Under the pieces are notes generated by a model that saw only the letters and a program-made list of their open reading frames with translations, made no database searches and was not told the origin of the DNA. A program made the translations under genes and the position numbers. From a virus, in the IMG/VR virus record IMGVR_UViG_3300022231_000029: a stretch of DNA of 64,000 nt; one strand, written 5' to 3'. Below are positions 18,449 to 27,104 of the stretch, piece after piece. How positions within the stretch are numbered: the first letter of the stretch is position 1; every line of letters begins with the position of its first letter.

Positions 18449-19042
18449 TTAGACTGCGAATTCTTGGCCAGAAGCTGACTTCATTTCAAACCCGATGGGA
18501 CGATCCTTGACGATAGCATCCAGGACAAGACGTTTCACCGGGCCCGGATTCATTGTATCAGTAATGTTGCGTTCATAGACGACAACATAGATGTGATTGA
18601 AAGATTGAGACTTATCGGAGTATCGAACACAACAAAAGACCGGCCGGATGCCAATACTCATGAGAAGAGTCGCGATGAGAAGAGACATGTCATCACAGTC
18701 ACCCATGGCATACCCAACATCGGCCATCATCTTGATCATCATATCCGGAGTCTGAAGCGACTCCGTGCCGACAGGATCTTTTACATAACGAATGTTTTTT
18801 TGAACAAATGTACCAATCGCTCTTGCCTCATCAAGATAGTGATGAGAAGGAATTTTTTCGTAGTTCAGGATATTGGTAGCAAGACGCTTAACGAGAGCAC
18901 TTTGAGAATACTCCTGAGCAAGCTTTTTCATGACAGCGACAGTATCAAGGTTGCCCTTGATACCGTCACCGACTTTACTTATTGTTTGATCAGGAAGTTT
19001 ACCGAGATTCTGGAGAGGTCGCTTTCTGGGAAAGATAATCAT
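18449..19042 (-). CDS. transglutaminase-like cysteine protease (putative maturation protease)
   Basis: catalytic triad pattern GDCDD...FNHIYV...VLDA; IRYVKDP motif. Confidence 0.85.
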   Translation of the reverse strand: MIIFPRKRPLQNLGKLPDQTISKVGDGIKGNLDTVAVMKKLAQEYSQSALVKRLATNILNYEKIPSHHYLDEARAIGTFVQKNIRYVKDPVGTESLQTPDMMIKMMADVGYAMGDCDDMSLLIATLLMSIGIRPVFCCVRYSDKSQSFNHIYVVVYERNITDTMNPGPVKRLVLDAIVKDRPIGFEMKSASGQEFAV

Positions 19043-20849
19043 GGTAGTCCTTCAGGTAGTTTCGGAGCTCCGGAACATCTGGAAGGCTGTACTGTCTGAA
19101 TGCGATGTCGTAGATTTCGTCCACGGTCAACACAGTCAGAGCAGATTTCAGATCAATCCCTGTCGCACTGAAGGCATTGATCGTTGCATCACCAAGATTC
19201 CCGGAAGTGAATTGATTCTGAAGAGCATGAGCGATCAATGGAACACATGTATCGACCACTTTTTTCTTCAGCTCAAGGTCATTCCCGATTTTACCAGTTT
19301 CCGGACTTGACGCAACCGAAGTTTGAGTAGTTGTCTTCTTAGCTCCGGTCTTCACACCAGAAGCAGCGGGTTTCGGAGTCGCAACAACTTGTTTTGCCGG
19401 AGTTGCTGGTGTGACGGTTGATTTCGATTCAACTGGTCTTGCTGGTGCCGGACGCACAGTTGTCGGATTCGCCGACTGCGCTGGTCGTGGAGTTTCTTTG
19501 CGGTATGAAGGCTGCGCCGGAGCTGCCGGAAGTGCCTGACGTGCTGGTTGCGGTGTCGGTGGAGCGAAATGTTGAGCGGCACCACCGCCTCCCTGGCCAG
19601 CAGCGAACATAAGTGGCGCGATTTTGCCGAGATTATCCAGGACAGATTCGACAACACCACGAGGACGTTGCTCACCAGCGCCTTCATCAGCAAGTTCTTT
19701 CGCCATAGTTTGAAGCTTCAGACCAAAATCAAGTCCATCCTGGCGAGTCTTGTTGAGCATTTCAAACATTTTCACAGCATCGAACTCATTATCGTTCTTT
19801 TTGTTACTCATCTCATGGAGCTGTTGACGGAAATCTCTCGCCTGTTCTTGAGTCATGGTCGTGATCTTTTCAAGCATCCGATCGGTATCACGTCTCATAT
19901 CTTGCATCATCGTGGCGAAGTTCTTATTAGACTCCATGATGAGAGTCATTGTTTGCTGACTCTGTTGTTGCATCATCTGAAGAATTCCGTTCATTCCGCC
20001 ATCGTTTTTAGGAGCAAGTGCGGCCTGAAGGACGGTAGCGAGAACATTCATGTTACCTTTTTCAGCTTCTTTCATAAGTTCTCTCTCTTCCTTTCTTCTT
20101 TCGCGATCTTGTTCTTCACGGATACGATTTTCTTCCATGAGACGTTCGATCATGAGATTTGTTGATTCTTGTGTTTGCTGTGACATAGTTGAGAAGGTTG
20201 AAAACATCTTCTCAAAGCGAACATCTTCTTGTTGTTGCTTTTGCTGCTCGACTTTTGCCACTTCTTCCGGTCTTGGTGCTGAAGGTGCAGCAACAGACAT
20301 GGATTGCTGCTTAAGAAATGTTCCTTTGATGTCGTCACGAAGAACAATCTGATAATGTCCTTCGCCGTGATCTTTCTGAAGCTTTTCTTCGGAGTATGGT
20401 GTGCGAATAGTGGCCACAAAGTGCCCATTCTTCTTGATTTGGAATCGAATAGGGACTCCGGCCTTAATTTTCTCATCAGCAAACGAGAAAATATCCTTCT
20501 GGCGCGGAGAATAGGTAAGATCAGATGTATCTTCCTCTTCTTCCTCCTCTTCTTCCTCATCGAATCCGAAGCCGCCTACGGATTCTTCCTCTTCGTCGTC
20601 TTCGCCGCCAAAAGCGCCGAAAACTGCACCAGATTCTTCATCTTCATCGAGTTCAAGATCCTCGGAAGGGTCATAATCCGGATTTAATGACGTTTCCTGG
20701 GCCACTTTCGCAGCAACTCGCGTGGAAACCTTGCGAGCTTCCTTTTCTACGGTCTTCTTCACCGCTTTTTTTGCCGCACGGGCCGCAATTTGCGCGATCT
20801 GCTCGTTCTTTTTTGACTTCGACCGCTCTGACACTGCCGTTCTTCCCAT
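18999..20849 (-). CDS. large low-complexity late protein (basic, acidic, coiled-coil and Pro-rich blocks)
   Basis: first ORF of late operon; AGGAGG RBS. Confidence 0.8.
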   Translation of the reverse strand: MGRTAVSERSKSKKNEQIAQIAARAAKKAVKKTVEKEARKVSTRVAAKVAQETSLNPDYDPSEDLELDEDEESGAVFGAFGGEDDEEEESVGGFGFDEEEEEEEEEDTSDLTYSPRQKDIFSFADEKIKAGVPIRFQIKKNGHFVATIRTPYSEEKLQKDHGEGHYQIVLRDDIKGTFLKQQSMSVAAPSAPRPEEVAKVEQQKQQQEDVRFEKMFSTFSTMSQQTQESTNLMIERLMEENRIREEQDRERRKEERELMKEAEKGNMNVLATVLQAALAPKNDGGMNGILQMMQQQSQQTMTLIMESNKNFATMMQDMRRDTDRMLEKITTMTQEQARDFRQQLHEMSNKKNDNEFDAVKMFEMLNKTRQDGLDFGLKLQTMAKELADEGAGEQRPRGVVESVLDNLGKIAPLMFAAGQGGGGAAQHFAPPTPQPARQALPAAPAQPSYRKETPRPAQSANPTTVRPAPARPVESKSTVTPATPAKQVVATPKPAASGVKTGAKKTTTQTSVASSPETGKIGNDLELKKKVVDTCVPLIAHALQNQFTSGNLGDATINAFSATGIDLKSALTVLTVDEIYDIAFRQYSLPDVPELRNYLKDYHDYLSQKATSPESR

Positions 20850-20886
20850 ATATCCTCCTTGATGGTGACGTATTGCCTATAAAGTA

Positions 20887-20915
20887 ATAATGGGGATACC
20901 TTAAGAAGGTGTCAA
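20887..20915 (-). promoter_or_regulatory. late-operon promoter
   Basis: TTGACA-17 nt-CATTAT on minus strand. Confidence 0.5.
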
Positions 20916-20941
20916 TGGGATGACATAAATAAACCGTCTTT

Positions 20942-21002
20942 AACGCCACTTCAACGCCATTTAACTGCCATTTAAACAATTTTAAACGCCAGAAAAACGC
21001 CA
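20942..21002. repeat. helically phased AACGCCA repeat array
   Basis: AACGCCA at 20942, 20953, 20985, 20996; AACTGCCA at 20963; spacing about 11 bp. Confidence 0.7.
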
Positions 21003-21235
21003 GAGGTGGAGTAATTCGTTTCAAATTTATATCTATGTATGTCTTGGCATAAATTTGTGATAGGCTTTTCTTGAAAAACCGCGAGGGGTGCTTGTTTTGC
21101 GAAAGTGAATCAGGCTTAACCTAGATCGGATGAGTGGGCGACGGCCCGTGCGACGGCAAACTCATTCGTGCCAAGGGGATACCTACAGAGAGACCCGACG
21201 AAGTTACCGATTGAATGGCATGGTGATGGAGGGTG

Positions 21236-21269
21236 AAAAAAGGAGACAGCGGGATGTTCACTGTCTCCT
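21236..21269 (-). terminator. intrinsic terminator
   Basis: AGGAGACAG/CTGTCTCCT stem followed by T-run on minus strand. Confidence 0.8.
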
Positions 21270-21274
21270 CTCGA

Positions 21275-21538
21275 TTACTGAGCTGCGGGTGGCGCTGTAA
21301 CAGCGGCCATAATGCGATCGACTTCTTTCTGGCCTACGTGATTGATGAGAAGAAGATCACCGTGGGATCTCGCTCCGGCAAATGTGCTGATTGAGCCTTC
21401 AGCATCTGCAACAGCGATTACGTACCCAGCAGACTTCGACTCTTCAAGTACGGCCTTCAATTTGTCTACGATCTGAACCGACTTCACCACTTCTGGTGCT
21501 TTCGCTGCAGGCGAAGACTTGTCTTTTTTCTTTGCCAT
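21275..21538 (-). CDS. hypothetical protein (87 aa)
   Basis: GGAGG RBS, terminator downstream. Confidence 0.75.
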   Translation of the reverse strand: MAKKKDKSSPAAKAPEVVKSVQIVDKLKAVLEESKSAGYVIAVADAEGSISTFAGARSHGDLLLINHVGQKEVDRIMAAVTAPPAAQ

Positions 21539-21547
21539 AAATCCTCC

Positions 21548-21964
21548 TTAAAGATTGGCGATATTGCCTTTCGTATCGACCTTGATAATTGAGAAATTCG
21601 AGAGAAGCTTTACTTGCAAAGACATGAACTCGATAGCGCCCATGTTGAGAAAGAAAAAGTTCTTATCTGCACAGTCTATCCGAGTCTTGCCGTTTTCGCA
21701 TTCAGAAAACTTCAAAACTGAGAGAGCAGAAATAGTGTGATAGATGATGGACTCTTTGCCGCCGATCATGACGGGTTCTTCAATGATGTAAACGCCGCAT
21801 TTAATATCGACAGGGACAAAGCTCTGGGTCTTTTCGCCAGAGAGCCCCACTGTAGGAACATTTTCCCATTTGACCTGTGGATCACGTTTACCAGGATCTT
21901 TAAAGGTCAAGAGTTGCTGAAGAAAAACCTTACCCGTCTTATCGACATTCATCCGGATATACAT
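21548..21964 (-). CDS. hypothetical protein (138 aa)
   Basis: AAGGAG RBS. Confidence 0.7.
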   Translation of the reverse strand: MYIRMNVDKTGKVFLQQLLTFKDPGKRDPQVKWENVPTVGLSGEKTQSFVPVDIKCGVYIIEEPVMIGGKESIIYHTISALSVLKFSECENGKTRIDCADKNFFFLNMGAIEFMSLQVKLLSNFSIIKVDTKGNIANL

Positions 21965-22036
21965 ATCTACTCCTTTTTCTATTCCCTCCAGATCGTATCT
22001 ATCAGGGTTTCAGGTTGACAAGAATAATTTAGCAAT

Positions 22037-22064
22037 TTGCCACAAGGAGAGGACGTGATAACAT
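22037..22064 (+). promoter_or_regulatory. promoter of spike/fibre operon
   Basis: TTGCCA-16 nt-TAACAT with TGn extension. Confidence 0.45.
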
Positions 22065-22103
22065 TTTGACAGCTATTCATTTTGAACCAAAGGACGGTCA
22101 TAT

Positions 22104-22583
22104 ATGGGTTTTTCCGAAAGAATTGGTGCCACAGGTGACTCGCTCCGGATCAAGAACAATGAATGGTATATCGCGAGAAGCTTCAATCAGCAGACGGACA
22201 TCAAGGTTTTCCGGGTAAATGAATCAGATGAAATCGAGTTCTTTTCTGTTCCTGGCATTGCTGGAGATAAATTTGTTCTCATGTCTCAGTTCGAAGAACT
22301 TGAGGAAAGAGTTGCGATTCTCGAAGCAATCGTTGAATCGATAACCGCCGGGAATATCAACATTGTGCCATTCACTCTGTCTCCGGTTGAGATTTCTGCG
22401 AAATCTGTTACACTACCTCAAGCTCCCCTTCCCGGCACTGCTCTTATCATGCCAGCCTCAGGTATCCCACAGCTTCAGAATGTTAATTTCCAGGTAACAG
22501 GCACAACTGTAAGCTGGAGTGGGTATGAATTAGAAAACCAGTTTGCTGACGGCGACAAAATCAAAATCATTTATATGTTCTAA
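22104..22583 (+). CDS. short spike protein (shared N-anchor, coiled coil, shared C-domain)
   Basis: LRIKNNEWYIARS...DEIEF aligns with N-terminus of ORF 22687; C-terminal GDKIKIIY. Confidence 0.65.
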   Translation: MGFSERIGATGDSLRIKNNEWYIARSFNQQTDIKVFRVNESDEIEFFSVPGIAGDKFVLMSQFEELEERVAILEAIVESITAGNINIVPFTLSPVEISAKSVTLPQAPLPGTALIMPASGIPQLQNVNFQVTGTTVSWSGYELENQFADGDKIKIIYMF

Positions 22584-22686
22584 GGTCTTCCGGGTATAAT
22601 AGACGCATGACAAAGATCACTCTCATGATGGGGTGATCTTGAAATTTTTCTTCTCACTGTCCTATGTCATTCCAAAGGAGGGAATA

Positions 22687-24585
22687 ATGGGATTTATCGA
22701 AAAAAAGTATATTGGCTCAAACCAGGTTGGTACGAGTCAGATCAGACTTGAAAACAACTCTGCACTTCGCGCTCGCAATGCTGCGAACACTGCTGATGTT
22801 GACTTAATGGAGCTTGATCCATCGGATCTTCTCCAATTTCTCTCGCATCCATATCTTCCAGGAAACGCTAGTCAGCCGCTCCAAGCAACGGCCATGCAAC
22901 AAGTTCTCCTGCTTGATGGCTCACAGCCGATGGAAGCTGTTCTTGATATGGGCGGAAATCAGATCAAGGAAGTTGCAAACCCTACTGATCCATTCGATGC
23001 TGTAACACTCGATTACCTTCAAACGGTGACAAGTGATTTTGCTCACACGAATCTTGATAACCTTGTTGGCCCTACGCAGATTCCTGCGGGTGTGATCCTC
23101 GGCTCACTTGAGACGAACTCAACTTTCGGCGAAGGTTTCATTATCTCAACTTCGCCGCAAACTTCATCGGCATCAGGTTCTATTTCGCTGTACTCCGGTA
23201 CTGTTGAAGGGAACTTTATCTCCGGGGGCGCGGTTCTTTCATCAGGTGCTAACACTAATGCTTCGATGGCCTCTGCGACCACAGCGGCAACAGGTACAGC
23301 AGGTGTTACATCCGGTGATGTGGCCGGTACTCAAGGTGCTTCTGGTACAGTGATTGTCCTCTCGGGTGCAATCGCATCTGGCGTAACAGGTCGCTCAGGA
23401 GCTGTGACAGTTGGATCTGGTAACAACTCCGGTACAGGTGTTTCTGGAGCAGTCTCTGTGTCGTCAGGGTTTGCAAGCTCAACAACATCAGGAAACGTCT
23501 CGGTCAACACAGGGAAGTCAGTCACTGCTGCTTCTGGTATCATCAACGTATCTTCTGGTGGTATCAGTAACGTCGGCGTAAACAACACGGCAAACAACAC
23601 TGCGACAGGTGCTCTGAATATCTTCTCTGGAGATATCGGTACAGGTGCTGCTGCCTCTACAGCAGTAACAGGTGTTGTAACACTGAGATCAGGTTCGTCC
23701 CTGGGTCTTGGTAACACAGGTAACGTGACTGTTGTATCGGGTCTTATCTCGAACGCAACATCATCTGCAGTTACCGGAAACCTGAATCTCAACACAGGAT
23801 CACATGCGGGTCTTGGAGCTACAGGTAACGTAAATGCTGGTTCAGGTAGTATCTCAAATACTTCTTCAACAGCATTCACTGGTACAGCAAACCTCTTCTC
23901 TGGATCTCATGCTGGTGATGGTTCATCTGGATCTGTGAACGTCAGCTCTGGTTCTGTGACAAAAGCGACCAACACAAGCGCGTCTGGATATATCCTCATC
24001 AACTCCGGAAACTCTTTGGGCCTTGGTGCAACCGGATCTGTGAGCATGCAGTCTGGTCAGGTGTCGAACGCTTCTTCATCTGCTGCAACAGGTAATGCAA
24101 ACATCTTTACTGGTAACAACTCTGGTACTGGTAACTCTGGTAGCATTACAATCAGCACAGGTACAGTAACATCAGGAACAAGAGGTAGTATCACTCTCTC
24201 CGGTTCTTCGATGGACGTAAGCGGAATGCAGATCCACAATCTTGCTGATCCTTCATCAGCTCAAGATGCTGCGACGAAGGCGTATGTTGATGCCCAGATT
24301 ACATCAGGTGTTGACTTTGAAGTTCAGAAAATCACACTTAGCCCAACTGACATCACGAACCAATACGTTGATCTCGCGTTCAAAGCGATTCCAAGCTCTG
24401 TTCTCATCAACTCTGATCGCGTGGCACTGAACGTATCGCAATCTGCTGATGCAGACTTCGATTTCTTACAGAACAACGGTGGTTCAGTAACTCGCCTCGT
24501 GTTCCAAGGGCCATCAGCAACTGGCGGTGGCCAGGATCTCGTAAGCGGCCAGATTCTTTTTGTTAGCTATGTGAAATTGATCTAA
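22687..24585 (+). CDS. long trimeric beta-helical spike/fibre protein
   Basis: start moved to ATG 22687 (AAGGAGGG RBS); trimeric neck motifs NPTDPFDAVTLDY and DPSSAQDAATKAYVD; many (S/T)GxVxLxSG repeats. Confidence 0.8.
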   Translation: MGFIEKKYIGSNQVGTSQIRLENNSALRARNAANTADVDLMELDPSDLLQFLSHPYLPGNASQPLQATAMQQVLLLDGSQPMEAVLDMGGNQIKEVANPTDPFDAVTLDYLQTVTSDFAHTNLDNLVGPTQIPAGVILGSLETNSTFGEGFIISTSPQTSSASGSISLYSGTVEGNFISGGAVLSSGANTNASMASATTAATGTAGVTSGDVAGTQGASGTVIVLSGAIASGVTGRSGAVTVGSGNNSGTGVSGAVSVSSGFASSTTSGNVSVNTGKSVTAASGIINVSSGGISNVGVNNTANNTATGALNIFSGDIGTGAAASTAVTGVVTLRSGSSLGLGNTGNVTVVSGLISNATSSAVTGNLNLNTGSHAGLGATGNVNAGSGSISNTSSTAFTGTANLFSGSHAGDGSSGSVNVSSGSVTKATNTSASGYILINSGNSLGLGATGSVSMQSGQVSNASSSAATGNANIFTGNNSGTGNSGSITISTGTVTSGTRGSITLSGSSMDVSGMQIHNLADPSSAQDAATKAYVDAQITSGVDFEVQKITLSPTDITNQYVDLAFKAIPSSVLINSDRVALNVSQSADADFDFLQNNGGSVTRLVFQGPSATGGGQDLVSGQILFVSYVKLI

Positions 24586-24593
24586 GTCTTCGA

Positions 24594-24622
24594 GGGGAGG
24601 AGGAGACTCCTCCCCTTTTTTT
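24594..24622 (+). terminator. intrinsic terminator
   Basis: GGGGAGGA/TCCTCCCC stem then T7. Confidence 0.85.
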
Positions 24623-24653
24623 GCCTTTTTGACTTTATGTTAGGAGGTTCTTC

Positions 24654-24911
24654 ATGACAGTAAACAAGGTACAACCTCAATATATCTCTGATGAAATAGC
24701 CAGAGATAACGAAGTCCCCGCCTTTGCTCGTGCCACAGTTCTTACGGGGCTTTCACTCGCAACAGGGGGCACGATTTCTGCTGCGAACACGATGCTCGAA
24801 GCATTCGGAAAACTTCAATATCAAATCACAAATTTCTCATACAATATCGACGGCGGTACTCCAAGTAGTACATTCGTCGTCGGAGCATCTATTAATGGAG
24901 GGACACCGTAA
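24654..24911 (+). CDS. small fibre-associated protein
   Basis: AGGAGG RBS; TAATG coupling to next gene. Confidence 0.7.
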   Translation: MTVNKVQPQYISDEIARDNEVPAFARATVLTGLSLATGGTISAANTMLEAFGKLQYQITNFSYNIDGGTPSSTFVVGASINGGTP

Positions 24912-26110
24912 TGGCACAAACAATTCAATTACGAGGTGGTACAGCAGCGGAGTGGTCACTGGCCAATCCGGTTCTGGCCTCACGAGAGATGGGAGTTGAG
25001 ACTGATACAGGTCAATTCAAAATCGGGAACGGGGTTTTGGCCTGGAGTGCTCTTCCTTACGGAGGTCTTGAAGGGCCAGCACAAACTGATGCTATTCAAG
25101 ATTTTGGTGATGGGAATGATGCCAACTTAACAATTTCATCCGGAGTCGTTACTCTCACCCAAGATACTTATTATCAGAATCTTACTATTAGTGGCACGGG
25201 CCAGCTAATCACAAACGGATTCAGAGTATTTGTAAAAGGGAATCTTGACCTGAGTAATGCTCCTCAATTCGCTATCGTGGCAAGAGCATCAGCAAACGGA
25301 AACAATGCTACTAACCAAACGGCCGGAGCTGGTGGAGCTGCAGTTACTGCAGGAACACTTGGAGGGACAGGTGCCGGAGGAGCAGGAGCAACGGGTGTTG
25401 TAGGGGCCGGAGCGCAAGCAGCAGCACCTACCGCTGTCTCTCCTTCAAATGGAGGATCTGGTGGCGCAGGAGGAGCAGGCGGGCTAGGCTCAGGCGGGGC
25501 CGGTGGTGCATTAAGGGCCGGAGCGGCAGCTTCTCTTCCTCTTGAATTTGCGCGCTTCACTTATGACCTGATAAGAGGTGTTACTCTTGTTCAAGGCGGA
25601 GCTGGAGGCGCTGGCGGATCATCAGGCGGTGGTGACGGTACTAACCTTGGTCGCGGCGGAGGCGGCGGAGGAGCTGGCGGAGGGATTCTCGCTATCTGGG
25701 CGAAGACAATCACAACTTCCGTTTCAACTCCTTCAAGCGTTATTGCAGCGATAGGAGGAAATGGCGGTAACGGTGGCGCAGCAGTCGCAGGAAACGCCGG
25801 AGGCGGCGGTGGCGGCGGTGGCGGCGGTGGCGGATACTGTCTCATCTACTATCAAACTCGCGTAGGGCCCACAGTTACGAACGGTATCAACGCAAGCGGT
25901 GGTACTGGAGGTAACGGTTCAAACGGAGCAGGAACAGGAGTCGGAGGAGTTGGAGGAACAGGAGGAACAGGTGGAAGGATTAGGCTCTACCTCACACTCA
26001 CTCAGTCCTCATCCTCTATTGTTGGATCAACAGGTACGGCCGGAAACGCAGCTTCTGGTAATACTGGTGGTGTAGGAGGCGCTGGCGGATCAGCGTTATT
26101 AAATTTATGA
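24911..26110 (+). CDS. glycine-rich fibre with Mtd-N/hyaluronidase-N-like anchor domain
   Basis: IQLRGGTAAEW...NPVLASREMGVETDTGQFKIGNG...W..LPY; GGxGG-rich body. Confidence 0.8.
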   Translation: MAQTIQLRGGTAAEWSLANPVLASREMGVETDTGQFKIGNGVLAWSALPYGGLEGPAQTDAIQDFGDGNDANLTISSGVVTLTQDTYYQNLTISGTGQLITNGFRVFVKGNLDLSNAPQFAIVARASANGNNATNQTAGAGGAAVTAGTLGGTGAGGAGATGVVGAGAQAAAPTAVSPSNGGSGGAGGAGGLGSGGAGGALRAGAAASLPLEFARFTYDLIRGVTLVQGGAGGAGGSSGGGDGTNLGRGGGGGGAGGGILAIWAKTITTSVSTPSSVIAAIGGNGGNGGAAVAGNAGGGGGGGGGGGGYCLIYYQTRVGPTVTNGINASGGTGGNGSNGAGTGVGGVGGTGGTGGRIRLYLTLTQSSSSIVGSTGTAGNAASGNTGGVGGAGGSALLNL

Positions 26111-26493
26111 TTATCACAATTCTCGACAGTAATCAGAATGAAGTAGCTGTCATCACCGTTGATGACGATACAACGCCAGAACAAGTAGAAAAAATCAAAG
26201 CGTTGTATGCTCCTCGACCAAAAACAATGAGCGATATTGTTTCAGAGAAGATCAAACACTTTAGGTCTCTTGCTCCTGAACTCCTCGTTGCTGTTTACAC
26301 GCAAAATACTCTTTCAGGGATGTCGACTGCACAATCAGACGCGCTCTTTGAGTATCTTGCCGATGTTATTCTTCGAGTATCTGAAGGGGCCTGGCCATCG
26401 GCACTCTATCGTCTGAACCAAAAAGCTCCGACAGCAGATTGTCCCCAGGAAATGATTGATCGTTGGAAACAAATGATCGTTGAACGACTTTAA
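26107..26493 (+). CDS. fibre assembly/chaperone-like protein (tentative)
   Basis: ATGA-coupled to fibre gene. Confidence 0.55.
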   Translation: MIITILDSNQNEVAVITVDDDTTPEQVEKIKALYAPRPKTMSDIVSEKIKHFRSLAPELLVAVYTQNTLSGMSTAQSDALFEYLADVILRVSEGAWPSALYRLNQKAPTADCPQEMIDRWKQMIVERL

Positions 26494-26498
26494 ACGAG

Positions 26499-27092
26499 GT
26501 GATGATTATGAAGGATTTCGTTCAAAGAATTTTTTTCAAGACTGTTTCTTTCTGCTCGTATCACATTGGTCGAATCTATGCGCCATACGCACGAAAGCTG
26601 ATCACAGGATCAGATCTTCGTGCGATGCTGGCGGTGGGAATCCAGGATGGAGACATCCTGGTTTCTCGCACCAATGGAGAACTCGCGAATGTCGCTATTC
26701 CTGGAGTGATGTCTCATCTTGGAGTCATTGAGGGCCAGACTGTTTACGAAGCATCAACAACAGGTGTCCGAAACGTAGATATTATTGATTTCTTCATCAA
26801 TAAGGATGTCATTGCTGTTCTTCGTCCGAACTTCATGACTCCGGAGCAGATTGCTCTCCAGATGTCGTACCTGAAAGCTCAGATCGGCAAGCCTTATAAC
26901 TATGATTTCAAGTTCTCAGAAAGCGATGACAAGTTCTATTGCACGGAACTCGGATATAAATCCATTGTTTTCGGGAATAAAGAATCTCCCTTCACCCTGA
27001 GACGCCGCCTCGGCGTCTTAACTGTTTCACCAGACGACTTCTATAAAGCGCAAAAGAAGTTTATAATGGTCTGGAAATCAAAATCCCTCTAG
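26499..27092 (+). CDS. permuted papain-like NlpC/P60 (YiiX/YebB-like) hydrolase
   Basis: GDILVSR...MSHLGV...VYEA...IGKPYNYDF...FYCTELG (His before Cys). Confidence 0.85.
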   Translation: MMIMKDFVQRIFFKTVSFCSYHIGRIYAPYARKLITGSDLRAMLAVGIQDGDILVSRTNGELANVAIPGVMSHLGVIEGQTVYEASTTGVRNVDIIDFFINKDVIAVLRPNFMTPEQIALQMSYLKAQIGKPYNYDFKFSESDDKFYCTELGYKSIVFGNKESPFTLRRRLGVLTVSPDDFYKAQKKFIMVWKSKSL

Positions 27093-27104
27093 TAAGGAGA
27101 AGAT

